Positions 19,874 through 29,682 of a stretch of DNA of 64,000 bases are shown here, one piece after another. Numbering within the stretch: the first letter of the stretch is position 1; every line of letters begins with the position of its first letter. A model generated the notes under the pieces. It saw only the letters and a list, made by a program, of their open reading frames with translations, was not told where the DNA came from and searched no databases. The DNA lies in the NCBI GenBank assembly GCA_965279515.1, contig CBDIID010000003.1, positions 2,688,001 to 2,752,000 of the forward strand. Direction: 5' to 3'. This DNA is from Turneriella sp. Its GTDB lineage: Bacteria; Spirochaetota; Leptospiria; Turneriellales; Turneriellaceae. The position numbers and the translations under genes were made by a program.

Positions 19874-20555
19874 GCACCGCGGCGTTCGCATCGGCGCGAC
19901 GATCCTGATCGTACTCGGGGTCGTCACATTCTGGGTAATGCGGCCCATCCGCGATACCGATTTCGCCACCCCGGGTTTTACTCCACTCAAAGACGATGCG
20001 CTCGCAGAACGATTTTCCCCGATCATTATCGGTCATAAACTCTATGGCGCTCCGACCAGATTATTCTACCGCATGGCAAAGAGTAACGAGGGCGAGATTC
20101 ATATCGCCTACCACCCGTTTTATGCCGACGAGGAAAATCCCCATTCGGGTTTTGGCGCAACAATGAGCCGCCTGGTATACACAGGTGGATTGCACCTGAA
20201 GGATATGATGTTTGGCCCGGCAGACATTGAGCTCATCGAAGTCATTCTGGATAAAAACGGTAAGCCGAAAGTACTGGCATGGGAAGACGCGGAGAACTAT
20301 CAGCCGAAAAATTTTTCGGTCAAACATTTGCCCAAAATCGACCGGGACCCGAAGCAGCCGTTCTGCTTTGAAACACCGACCTGGAACCACATGTTTTCGC
20401 TGGTAAAACCCGATGTCTGCAAGGGAGCAGCGGCATTAAAACCCGAATACTTCTCTGCCGCCGACTGGGACAAATACAAGATGGTCAAAAAGACCGAAGC
20501 CATTCTGCGCCGCAACCGGATGCACCGCGTCTATGAGCGCGTGGCTGCGCCTTAG
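19860..20555 (+). CDS. Hypothetical membrane-anchored protein
   Basis: 231 aa, N-terminal TM helix, overlaps the yceI-like stop. Confidence 0.65.
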   Translation: MGLLKHRGVRIGATILIVLGVVTFWVMRPIRDTDFATPGFTPLKDDALAERFSPIIIGHKLYGAPTRLFYRMAKSNEGEIHIAYHPFYADEENPHSGFGATMSRLVYTGGLHLKDMMFGPADIELIEVILDKNGKPKVLAWEDAENYQPKNFSVKHLPKIDRDPKQPFCFETPTWNHMFSLVKPDVCKGAAALKPEYFSAADWDKYKMVKKTEAILRRNRMHRVYERVAAP

Positions 20556-21217
20556 TGTATGCGAATGGCCTGAATCGATTCCTGCGCCACTTCTTTGACG
20601 TCTTCGTCATAGCGTGACTGCAAAACCCGAAGCAGGGGGATAAACGACCGGCGCGCTTTCATGACGCCGAGCGCATGACAGACTTCACGGAGCGCCTTTT
20701 CATTCTCCGCATCGTCATTAAAATCTTTCAGGTATTTGTCGACCTTGGTGAGCAGTGCAGGTACAATGAGCACCGCTTCGGTTTCTTTGGTATAAACGCT
20801 GAGACTGTGAGAGCAGGCATAGATGACGGCCGGGTGATTTTCTTCTGTCAGTGCTTTCGCCAAAACAGGTACTAAGAACGGAGCGATCTGCGAATCTTTA
20901 AAAACGATACCCGCATTACACGCGGCTTCGCGTACGTCAGGTGACTTATGCGTCAGGCCCGCTGCAATGCCTTCAAAATACCGCGGCGCGACCATTTCGG
21001 CTTCGGCCTTGGATTGCCGGTAAATGACAGAGATTTTTTCGAGCGCGCGCACTTTCGCATAGCGCAGCGTCTCTGGGTCGCGGACGATCTTCACAAGCAG
21101 ATCGCTGTGGCGCATGTCGTAATCACGGATACGGTCGAGAATTTCAGGGCGCGCCGAATCGGCTGCCAGCGTGCTCACCGCAAGGAGCGGCAGGAAGAGT
21201 TTTGCAGCTAAACGCAT
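20552..21217 (-). CDS. Secreted HEAT-repeat protein
   Basis: Signal peptide; SPDVREAAC and EVCHALG helical repeats. Confidence 0.7.
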   Translation of the reverse strand: MRLAAKLFLPLLAVSTLAADSARPEILDRIRDYDMRHSDLLVKIVRDPETLRYAKVRALEKISVIYRQSKAEAEMVAPRYFEGIAAGLTHKSPDVREAACNAGIVFKDSQIAPFLVPVLAKALTEENHPAVIYACSHSLSVYTKETEAVLIVPALLTKVDKYLKDFNDDAENEKALREVCHALGVMKARRSFIPLLRVLQSRYDEDVKEVAQESIQAIRIH

Positions 21218-21220
21218 GGG

Positions 21221-21811
21221 CTATTTTTTATCTTCGTAACTGTGCTTGTGCTCGTGGCGGTGCACTGCATGGTTAATCAGGCGCGCCAGGTCGTCGAAAT
21301 TGTCGCCCTTGCGCAGTTTGATATCCACATATTCACCAGTGGCGAGATAGTGGTTCAGGTGTTTCTTGAGCTTGAAGATCGGGCCCGCTACCTTATGCGA
21401 GAAAAACAGACTGTAAATCATGATGATAAGAATATTCAGCACCGTCACCGCAATGACAGGCCACATGTAGAGGTTAAAAGCGTTATAGAATTTATATCCG
21501 CCACCGGTCACCTTCAGCGGAAAATATTCCTCGCCTTCGCCTTCGGGAACGATCTGCCAGTTACCCTGCAGGTCTTTTTTGAGGGCCTTATGGTTGTCGA
21601 CGTCCATCTGCGCCAGCACCGAAGCACCATCGGGCAGAAGGCTGTAGGCTTTATTCTTCACTGCGAAGAGCCCCCCTAAAATCAGCCCCGCTGAAATAGC
21701 GACGACAATCGAATAGCGCAGGATAAACTTGCTCTGGAAGCGCTTATCGATGAAATACTTGCGCTGCCAGAAGTGGGGCTTTTTGCCTTCGTTGGGGTGA
21801 CCGTTTGCCAT
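21221..21811 (-). CDS. Two-TM membrane protein with HAMP-like C-terminus
   Basis: RKYFIDKRFQSKFI...SHKVAGPIFKL...LRKGDNFDDLARLIN. Confidence 0.7.
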   Translation of the reverse strand: MANGHPNEGKKPHFWQRKYFIDKRFQSKFILRYSIVVAISAGLILGGLFAVKNKAYSLLPDGASVLAQMDVDNHKALKKDLQGNWQIVPEGEGEEYFPLKVTGGGYKFYNAFNLYMWPVIAVTVLNILIIMIYSLFFSHKVAGPIFKLKKHLNHYLATGEYVDIKLRKGDNFDDLARLINHAVHRHEHKHSYEDKK

Positions 21812-21844
21812 GGGTGTGCAGCTTCCGGGCCTGAGATGCGTCGG

Positions 21845-22633
21845 TCAACCGGATTTTGACGGCGACAGAAAACTGGTGTGCTGCTTAAAAAAAGCGAGAT
21901 CTGCCCTGCGGTTGGCGGTGAGCTCATGCTGTATCACACGCGTCAGGTATTCCGCCGTGAAGGTGGCGGAGAAGCCGAACCGCGTGACCGCATCGGCCTG
22001 GTATGCAGCAGCGGCAGCACTGTAGGAGTCATATGCGGCCAAAAGCAGCGGATCGACCTCTGCCTTAACTGCATCCCGGTAAACCCAGAGCGCATAGACG
22101 AAACCGCGCCTGAACAGGGAAAAGTATTCGCTCTGCAAATCAAACGAAGGCCGCGCGATATGCTGAAGCGCCGTATCTCCAATCGTCAAAAGCGCCTCGT
22201 CCTCACCCAGGTTAGAGATTTTCTCCGCGACGCCGCCGGTTTCAATCAGGGGGATATCCACCTTGAGCTCACGCATGATGATCTGCAGCTGAGCCACGGA
22301 GCTGCGCGATGCGACATCGGTATAGATGCGCGTGAGTTTTCTGAGCGTGGCCACAAAGCCAGGCCCCACGCCTGTGGTAAAAAGCCGGATCGAGCGCACT
22401 TCGCGGTCGGCGGCAATGCAGAGTTTTTCGTTGTGCGCATAACCTGCGGGCAGACGAAAATATTCGACAGAAGAAATCAGCGCGGCATCGACCTCGTCTG
22501 CACGCAGTTTATCGGCCAGTACCGAGGGCACACCCCGGACGAGCTCGACGCCGCTTTGATTTTCGAGCGCAGCCCATAGCGGCCAGGCATTCAAAAAGTC
22601 CACAACGCCGATGCGGAGCACTCGCGGTGACAT
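21845..22633 (-). CDS. mqnA: Chorismate dehydratase (futalosine menaquinone pathway), MqnA/MqnD family
   Basis: RIGVVDFLNAWPL, VRSIRLF, SRSSV, LTIGDTAL and FVYALW motifs. Confidence 0.85.
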   Translation of the reverse strand: MSPRVLRIGVVDFLNAWPLWAALENQSGVELVRGVPSVLADKLRADEVDAALISSVEYFRLPAGYAHNEKLCIAADREVRSIRLFTTGVGPGFVATLRKLTRIYTDVASRSSVAQLQIIMRELKVDIPLIETGGVAEKISNLGEDEALLTIGDTALQHIARPSFDLQSEYFSLFRRGFVYALWVYRDAVKAEVDPLLLAAYDSYSAAAAAYQADAVTRFGFSATFTAEYLTRVIQHELTANRRADLAFFKQHTSFLSPSKSG

Positions 22634-22687
22634 ACTGCAAAACCGGAGAGCAAATCGACCGGTAAAGAGATTAGGTGGTAGAGTCAC

Positions 22688-23938
22688 TCACAGCGCAAGG
22701 CCGAAGGCGGCGCTGACGAGTATGTCATGGCTCTGCATGGCATAACTCACGTCGACGCCCAATGCCGGTATCGCGACATTATTCAGGTACATGCGCACTC
22801 CCGTTCCCGGCCCATAAAAGGCCTGCAAGTCGGGCACGCGTTCATTATCATAAAAGCCGAATTCGAAAAATTGCTGCGTGGTAAAGGTGGCCCAGCTCAG
22901 GTGCAAAACCGGGATTTCATAGTGGATCGTACTGCTCAAGTGGGAATCCGCGCTGATGAGGGCCAGGGGTAACGTGCGTGAATTTTGCTGAGCCCCGAGG
23001 CGATCTTCAGCGATGATCGGCGTCTGGGAAAAAGCGCCGCGCAGCGTTAACCCGGTCGAGTGGTCGCTGAAGGCAGCGCGCGTATAGCGCAGGCGGGCGG
23101 TTAACCTGAGATTTTCCATCTGGCTATTCACGAAGTTCGGCCCGAGGTTGATCAGGCCGCTCCAGCCTTCCTGGTAGTAATTTTTCACGGTAAAATCTTC
23201 AATCTGCAGATAGATGCCTGGCACAAACACATCCGCCGAAGAAATTCCTACGTCGTTATACGAGTTGGGGTCGTCCTGTTTACGGTGCGTCTCGACCTTG
23301 GCGCTGAGGCCCAGGATAAATCCCGGCTGAAACTCATGCCCGACATGCACATTCACTGTGTGGAATGAATCTTTATAACGTTGGTTAATGGTGGCAACGG
23401 TGGCGCCGTTTTCGAAAGATCTTTCGCCGCCGCGGTAGTTGACGCTCGAACGAAAATTACTGCCCATGAGCGAACGATCAACATAACCCGACAAAATCTC
23501 CCAGCCGCGGTTTGATCCCAATGCCCCCGCGTATAACGTCTTGCCGTAACCCAGAACATTGCTATCGAGCAAAAATAGTCCAAAGGTGTTAATGCCGCGC
23601 GCCGTCGACGCCACGGGCATGGGAATCAAGGTCCATTTTTCAGTGACGCGCACGCGCATGGTTGCACCCTCTGGCTGCGAAACGAATTCGATCGCCACCT
23701 CGCGGAAAATCCCCAGTTTAAGTAAGGCATTTCTCGCAGCAGCGGCATCGAAGTCGGCGACAGACCGGCCCAGCGCCGGCTCGAGATCCTTGAGAATCAC
23801 GTGCGGTTTTGTTTTATCGTTGCCGATAATTTCGATTTTTGTGATTTTCTGCTCACCGGTTGCGGCGGCCGTGCTGGCGACGGCCTGGGTAAACAGCAAC
23901 CATGGGCAAAAAAAGACAACGAGAACAGAACGGCGCAA
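22688..23938 (-). CDS. Omp85/BamA-TamA-like outer membrane protein with one POTRA domain
   Basis: IEIIGNDKTKPHVI...LLKLGIFREV...VRVTEKW, followed by a beta-strand-rich C-terminus. Confidence 0.8.
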   Translation of the reverse strand: MRRSVLVVFFCPWLLFTQAVASTAAATGEQKITKIEIIGNDKTKPHVILKDLEPALGRSVADFDAAAARNALLKLGIFREVAIEFVSQPEGATMRVRVTEKWTLIPMPVASTARGINTFGLFLLDSNVLGYGKTLYAGALGSNRGWEILSGYVDRSLMGSNFRSSVNYRGGERSFENGATVATINQRYKDSFHTVNVHVGHEFQPGFILGLSAKVETHRKQDDPNSYNDVGISSADVFVPGIYLQIEDFTVKNYYQEGWSGLINLGPNFVNSQMENLRLTARLRYTRAAFSDHSTGLTLRGAFSQTPIIAEDRLGAQQNSRTLPLALISADSHLSSTIHYEIPVLHLSWATFTTQQFFEFGFYDNERVPDLQAFYGPGTGVRMYLNNVAIPALGVDVSYAMQSHDILVSAAFGLAL

Positions 23939-23944
23939 AATTGG

Positions 23945-24880
23945 TCAATGGCCGTAATGGCCGCGCATCGCTGCAGGTAACATCTCTGCCACGGCACGAC
24001 CAAAATAATCCATTGTATCCTGTTTGCGCGTCTCTTTGGGGAACCTTTCAATTTCAAGATTGCGGATGCCCTGGGGAGCGTCTGCACTTCGACCGACGAA
24101 CACCGGTTCACCGATGCGCATCGTACCTTCGGTAAAACCAAACATGAAACTGTCGGCGTGCAGAATCTTCTCAGGCCCTTCGACGGCCACGGGTAAAACC
24201 ACAGTGCCGTCGAGATAGCTGTAGAGCGGGCCGTGGAAGGGCAGCATCGTGTTGTGACGGCTGCGTGTGCCTTCGGGATAGATAACGAGCGGTTCGCCCC
24301 TTTTTTGCCGTTCTTTAACCTCTTTGTAAGACCGCAGGTTGAGGCGGGTCAGTTCACGCCGTATCGATTCATTCTCCGCCATGTCGCGCGGAGAAGCCAC
24401 AAGCATGGTGCGGAATGCCCGCCCTGCGACACGGGTGAAATCCGACGTGAAGACCAGGCGGCCTGTGACGAAAAACATCTTCCGCGCGTATTCATAAAAC
24501 GCCGGGTCGCGCTCGAGCAGCAGCGACGTGACCGTCGCATCGAAGAGGCTGAGGTGGTTTTCCACGATCGTGACGCCGGTGGTCGCTAGGTAAGGTATGA
24601 CCTTCGCAAAATTCTCTGCACCCTCAAGCTTGAAGCGGCTGAGCAAGGGCTGAAAGATCGCATTCATGAGGTTATAGATATGCGGTTCGGGCTCGAGAAA
24701 AGGTGAGCCATCGAGCAGTTTCGGGTGGTTCTCAAAGTCGAGAATCGGCGGCAGGGGTGTCGCATGCGACAGGCGGATGTACTCTTCCAGCAGCGCGGAT
24801 GATTCCGCTTCGGCCATGCCCGCCTCGGCAAACGACTGAACCCCCGCCATGAACTGATCTTCCCACGGGAATTTCGCCAT
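23945..24880 (-). CDS. Lysophospholipid/glycerol-3-phosphate acyltransferase (PlsC family)
   Basis: NHLSLFD (HxxxxD) and YPEGTRS motifs. Confidence 0.88.
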   Translation of the reverse strand: MAKFPWEDQFMAGVQSFAEAGMAEAESSALLEEYIRLSHATPLPPILDFENHPKLLDGSPFLEPEPHIYNLMNAIFQPLLSRFKLEGAENFAKVIPYLATTGVTIVENHLSLFDATVTSLLLERDPAFYEYARKMFFVTGRLVFTSDFTRVAGRAFRTMLVASPRDMAENESIRRELTRLNLRSYKEVKERQKRGEPLVIYPEGTRSRHNTMLPFHGPLYSYLDGTVVLPVAVEGPEKILHADSFMFGFTEGTMRIGEPVFVGRSADAPQGIRNLEIERFPKETRKQDTMDYFGRAVAEMLPAAMRGHYGH

Positions 24881-25897
24881 AGGACGAAATATAAGGTTTA
24901 AACAACGGGTAAATTTATTGGCTGTTTAGTAAATAACTGTCTACCGCAGCGCGGAACTCCTTTCTGAAAAAAGGTTTAGCCGCTTTATTTTTCAGAAAAA
25001 GCCGACGTTAGATATTCTGCAAACAATTTCCGTTCATGTTCGTAATTGGCCAGGTAGCTGATGGAATATGTTTTCTGCACGATACCTGAAAATCAGCAGT
25101 GATTCTAAGCGAATTACCATCGGCGGCTATGAATCTCTGTTCAAGCAGAAATCCCGAAGCAGCAACAAACTCGGCGAAGATAAAAAACGCATGATTGACG
25201 AAGTCGCCAAAGGCAATAATATCCTGGGGCGAGGCGCCCTGGTGACCCTGCTCGCAGTAAAGAACTGACTGCAAAGGCCAAGATGCAGTCCCTATGTCCA
25301 CGCACGATCGGACAGGCTTTGCCAGCCGTTTCTTTTTGCGGTAATCGAGCCCGTCAAGAGGGTTCGGTCGACGGGTACAGCGACTGACTTGAGCTGTATT
25401 AACTTGTCTGGATGGGAGAGATTTAATCGGCCCATACTCCCCCAGAGAAATGTAGCTGCATAGATCCTGTTTCTGTCGATCACCTCGCATGCTTTACATA
25501 AGCCTGATTTTGAAAAAAAAAACAGAGTTTTTTTAGGAAACTAGGTAACATTCAGCAGAAGAAGGCATATCTCAAACCGTCATTCATGTGATTTGGTTGT
25601 TCAAAGATAAGGGATGTTCATTCACTATAGAGGGGAACAGAGGTGGCGCTCTGCATGCATAGCCAGGCGGAATTATCCCAGCTTTTCTCATGAATCGATC
25701 ATTGCCATAAATCGTTTCAAAAACCCTGCCGGGATTAAATGCATGTTCTCACAATAGCTTCTTTTCACCTGGATGCAGATATCTATTTGGGTCACTGGTG
25801 GGATAAATTTCCGCCGAAGATCTTAAAATACCTCTTCCCTCAGTAAATCCTGGGAATCAGTATTTATGAGTTCCTCTCAGCGAGGCTCCGGCAATTC

Positions 25898-26314
25898 TCA
25901 ATTTTCCGGCGATTTTGCGGCGAGCTTGCGCGACACCAGAATTACCATAGTTTCTACGGTAATAATTTTGAAGAGGCCTCGCGGTGTAATTTTATCCGGC
26001 TCGGGATTATCCCGTAGCTTCGGGATAAAATCGCGCAGCTTTTCCAAGTCTTCTCTTAAGAGAAAACCTTCGCTCGTAAGGGCTTCGGGTTTAAACTCAG
26101 TTTTCAGAACTTTATTCAAGTCAGAGTCACGAATCTGGATTTTAAATTTCTTTTCCAAACTGAATATAATGTCCAGGAAGTCTAGGGAATCCGCGCCTAA
26201 GTCTTCGATAAGACACGAATCAATAGTAATTTCGTCTTTGCTCAAAACCAGCCGTTCTGCAAGGACTTGGATGACTTTGTTTACGACTTGTTCTTCGTAA
26301 TTATGGCTATGCAT
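25898..26314 (-). CDS. Acyl carrier protein, elongated (138 aa)
   Basis: DLGADSLDFLDIIFSLEKKF phosphopantetheine motif; long insertion before the terminal ITVETMV helix. Confidence 0.88.
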   Translation of the reverse strand: MHSHNYEEQVVNKVIQVLAERLVLSKDEITIDSCLIEDLGADSLDFLDIIFSLEKKFKIQIRDSDLNKVLKTEFKPEALTSEGFLLREDLEKLRDFIPKLRDNPEPDKITPRGLFKIITVETMVILVSRKLAAKSPEN

Positions 26315-26370
26315 AGTTTATGAGCCTTGAAAAATGAAGTGTGCGTCAATTGCTTTTCGGTGAAATTTTA

Positions 26371-28050
26371 TCAACCGTGTAAGTTTCTTGAACCGAGAAC
26401 TGAATTCGGCAATGCCGAACCGTCGGGTTCGAGAGGATATAAAGAAGGTAACTGCCGTAACGCCCAGCGGTCATACAATGCCCGTGGGACAATGGCCGAA
26501 ATTCTACTGAGCCATGAGCTATACCACGGAAAGCGGATTATACTTTTGCCTGCCTCAACTCCGCGGATCATCTTTGTGACTGCACCCTGGGTTGTCTGCA
26601 GGAAGGGCATCCTGTCGCAGCAATGTCCTTCGGTAAGACCAGAAGTTACACAACCCGGCTCGATCAGGCTAATGCGAATACCAAATCGACGGGCATCGGC
26701 GCGTAGTCCATCGCAAAGCGCCCGTAAAGCCGCTTTGGACGCCGCATAAGGCCCGTGTCCGGGAAATGCTCTGTCGGCCGCCTGCGCACCGGTTATGGCA
26801 ATTGTTCCTTTGCCGCGCGGCCGCATTAAAGCCAGCATCTCTTCCAGCCAATAAACTACACCCAGGTAATTTACCCGCATAACCGACTCAATTGACTCTG
26901 AAGAAAAATGTCCGACAGTCCACTGGGTCTGTTTCTCCTGTGCGGAATCTCCGGTCAGGCATTCACCGGAATACGCAGAGCCATATCCGCCGGCATTTAG
27001 AAAGGCATTATCAATATGCCCCCATGTTGAGCGAAGCTCGGCTGCCGATCGCGCAACACCCTCTCGGTCGGATGTGTCCCCGACCAGGACTCGTGTCTCT
27101 GTAGCGCCAAGGGATCGGCAAAGCCGCGCGATTGCCTCGAGACGTTCGCCACGACGGGCGAACAACGCTAAACGGGCACCGCGTTCGGCGTATTGCCGCG
27201 CAAGTTCTGCACCAATACCATTGGAGGCACCAGTGATGAGGACGTTCAAAGGTTCCTTGGCACTGTTTCCGTAATTCTTTTGCAGAACAGCTGTCGGTCC
27301 GAAATAGAGAATGGCATCCTTTACGTTTTCGGCGAAACGGGTTATGCGGGGCATTACCGGGTTTGTCGCATAACTGAGCGAAAGCACGATACGCCGTTCG
27401 TTCCCGCCTAAGGGGCTAAGGCCGTGCCACACTTTCGAGCCGCAGAAGAAGATCATCGAGCCGGGTTTGGTGGAGAGTCTAAGGTGTTTAGCCCGCACCG
27501 GATCTTTCCGGTGCAGATCGCAGAGCAGTAACTGGCTTGATTTATTTTCCAATGTGATAAGAACAGTGTAAGAAGCGTCTGCTTCGCAGCCGCAACCGTC
27601 ATAATGATAGCGCATTTTGTCGCCGGGGCGCGTGTAAATGTAGAATGAACACGCGTGGTCGTCTTGTCGCGATTTGAGATGAAGGGGCTTTCCCGCTAAG
27701 CGACTGCAGAAATCAATCATAGCGGGAGATCGGTAAAGTTCAACAGCCGAAGGGCCGCAGCGCTGTAGTGCGCGGTAGCCAATATTGCCGGCAGCGCGAA
27801 ACCATGGAACCAGGCTGCGGTGCTGTTTTGTCTCCAGATCCCCCACTTCGGTCAGTATTCGGGATATCAACTCTTCCGGGAATACACCTTCGGCATGGAT
27901 GAACTCATTTTGCTCCTGATAGTCGTTAGCTATTCGCGTAAAGGGGAGTTTGCCGAGTGCCTGAGTGACGATTTCTTGCGGTGAGTCTGCTACGGTCATA
28001 GATTTCAGCGAATAATCCTGTAATATCTTGTCATGCTCAAAAGAGGTCAT
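26371..28050 (-). CDS. Fusion of a 2OG-Fe(II) oxygenase-like domain and an SDR oxidoreductase
   Basis: N-half HYD...WH...RIVLSLSY facial-triad pattern; C-half ITGASNGIG, NAG and YAASK. Confidence 0.8.
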   Translation of the reverse strand: MTSFEHDKILQDYSLKSMTVADSPQEIVTQALGKLPFTRIANDYQEQNEFIHAEGVFPEELISRILTEVGDLETKQHRSLVPWFRAAGNIGYRALQRCGPSAVELYRSPAMIDFCSRLAGKPLHLKSRQDDHACSFYIYTRPGDKMRYHYDGCGCEADASYTVLITLENKSSQLLLCDLHRKDPVRAKHLRLSTKPGSMIFFCGSKVWHGLSPLGGNERRIVLSLSYATNPVMPRITRFAENVKDAILYFGPTAVLQKNYGNSAKEPLNVLITGASNGIGAELARQYAERGARLALFARRGERLEAIARLCRSLGATETRVLVGDTSDREGVARSAAELRSTWGHIDNAFLNAGGYGSAYSGECLTGDSAQEKQTQWTVGHFSSESIESVMRVNYLGVVYWLEEMLALMRPRGKGTIAITGAQAADRAFPGHGPYAASKAALRALCDGLRADARRFGIRISLIEPGCVTSGLTEGHCCDRMPFLQTTQGAVTKMIRGVEAGKSIIRFPWYSSWLSRISAIVPRALYDRWALRQLPSLYPLEPDGSALPNSVLGSRNLHG

Positions 28051-28984
28051 ATCGAAAGGGTTTACACGCCGCGAAATAGCGGCTTTGGTACCTAATCGAA
28101 ACCTGGGAGTTGTTTTTTTGACCCTCGCCCCTGTAATTATTTTTCCATTGTTTTACCTTCTCACCATGGGATGCGGATGGTATGCCCTGCATTCTGGCCT
28201 TAATGAAACAATAGTCATATTCCTGATATCCTGTTTCTGTTTCGCATCTGCATTCCTTTTTGAACATCTGATGCCGCGTTATCATGAATGGAATAAAAGT
28301 AAGCAAGATGTCAAAGTTGACATCTTGCATAATCTGGTTAACTTGCCATTCAGTACAGAATTGACGAGGTTACTTTTCCTGCCCATCGCATTCTCTCTAT
28401 CCCAAAGGATAGCACCGCACGGTCTTTGGCCGACTAACTTGCCGTTTCTGGTGCAAATCATATTCGCTTTCGTTGTCGTAGAGTTCTTTCAGTATTGGCT
28501 TCACAGGGGGCTGCATCGGTCGAATTGGTTGTGGCGACTGCATGCGGTGCACCACTCCGCTGAGCGGTTGTATTTTTTAAATGCCGGGCGTGAACATCCG
28601 CTGAGCGCGCTATTAATGTATCTACCCAATATTCTGCCCCTTGTTGTTCTTGGTGCAAATGCCGAAATCATTGTCATGCAAAGTATGAGTGCCGTAATTT
28701 GCGCCACCTTTCAGCATGCTAATGTCGATATTCGTCTCGGCCATTTGCGCTATATCTTTAGCGTCGGCGATGTCCATCGTTGGCATCATTCCCGTGACAC
28801 TGCCGAAATGAATCACAATTACGGTCTCAATTGGGCTGTGTGGGATTTGATTTTTGGCACCTACTATTTTCCTGGTTCTCCTCCGCCTGTTAAAACCGGT
28901 ATTTCCGATATGCCCGCTTTTCCTCAGACCTACAGAAAGCAGCTTACGGCCATGTTTCATTGGAAGCATTATGTGAAACATTAG
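28028..28984 (+). CDS. Sterol desaturase/fatty acid hydroxylase family protein (start uncertain)
   Basis: His boxes YWLHRGLH, LHAVHHS, FQHAN and HRWHHS, plus NYG...WDLIFGT. Confidence 0.9.
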   Translation: MSCSKEVISKGFTRREIAALVPNRNLGVVFLTLAPVIIFPLFYLLTMGCGWYALHSGLNETIVIFLISCFCFASAFLFEHLMPRYHEWNKSKQDVKVDILHNLVNLPFSTELTRLLFLPIAFSLSQRIAPHGLWPTNLPFLVQIIFAFVVVEFFQYWLHRGLHRSNWLWRLHAVHHSAERLYFLNAGREHPLSALLMYLPNILPLVVLGANAEIIVMQSMSAVICATFQHANVDIRLGHLRYIFSVGDVHRWHHSRDTAEMNHNYGLNWAVWDLIFGTYYFPGSPPPVKTGISDMPAFPQTYRKQLTAMFHWKHYVKH

Positions 28985-29682
28985 CGGTTGTTGGTTTCCC
29001 AGCGCACAACATGGTTCAGATTTTTTCTTGTTTGACTTGCCGGGTTTTCAGCCGGATAACCGACGCACAGCAATGCGGCGAGATCCCAGGATTCGGGAAT
29101 TTCTAAAATTGCTTTGAGCTGTGTGCGCGCCACCAAAGGTCCTGTCATGCACGAAGCTCCCAGTCCAAGCGAATCGGCGCAGAGTAATAAATTCTGAATC
29201 GCGAGGGAAGCGCTAATCAACCCCGAATACATTTCCATTTTCTCAATCTCAAGAGGAGCGAGCGTGGTTCGGTTATTGTCGATCATATGAGATAAGGTCA
29301 CCAGATTGCTGAAGGCGACGGCGATGACGCAGGGTGCATCGACAAAACGTACAAAATAATTGCCGTAGTTTTCAAAGGAATCTCTGAAATCGGGTGGTAT
29401 TACCTCGCGGATAGATTCGACTGTAGATTCTACAGCATCGTGCAATTCGTTTCTCTTTTCGGTACTTTCAATGACAAAGAAACGCCATGGCTGTTTATTC
29501 GAAGCCGAAGGTGCTTGTATCGCCGCCGACAGCAGCCTCTCAATGAGTTCACGTGGTACTTTGTCCGGCTGAAATTTGCGCACGGTGCGACGCCGGTAAA
29601 TAATGTCCTCTGCAGGCGTTGGGGGTGATAAATGTAAATCTTTGTTGTCAGATGGAGACTCAGCCGACACTGTAACCGCCAT
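28981..29682 (-). CDS. Nitroreductase-family flavoprotein
   Basis: RRTVRKF, APSASNKQPWRF, QNLLLCA...GLGASC and VGYP motifs. Confidence 0.9.
   Translation of the reverse strand: MAVTVSAESPSDNKDLHLSPPTPAEDIIYRRRTVRKFQPDKVPRELIERLLSAAIQAPSASNKQPWRFFVIESTEKRNELHDAVESTVESIREVIPPDFRDSFENYGNYFVRFVDAPCVIAVAFSNLVTLSHMIDNNRTTLAPLEIEKMEMYSGLISASLAIQNLLLCADSLGLGASCMTGPLVARTQLKAILEIPESWDLAALLCVGYPAENPASQTRKNLNHVVRWETNNR

Noticed and set aside
25008..25490. Short ORFs 25008-25490(-), 25068-25268(+) and 25292-25483(-)
   Set aside because: No recognisable motifs or RBS and mutually overlapping; possibly remnants but unsupported.
26371..28050. 2OG domain as a BesD/SyrB2-type halogenase
   Set aside because: The metal motif is HYD. 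Halogenases replace the carboxylate with Gly or Ala, so a hydroxylase or desaturase is more likely.
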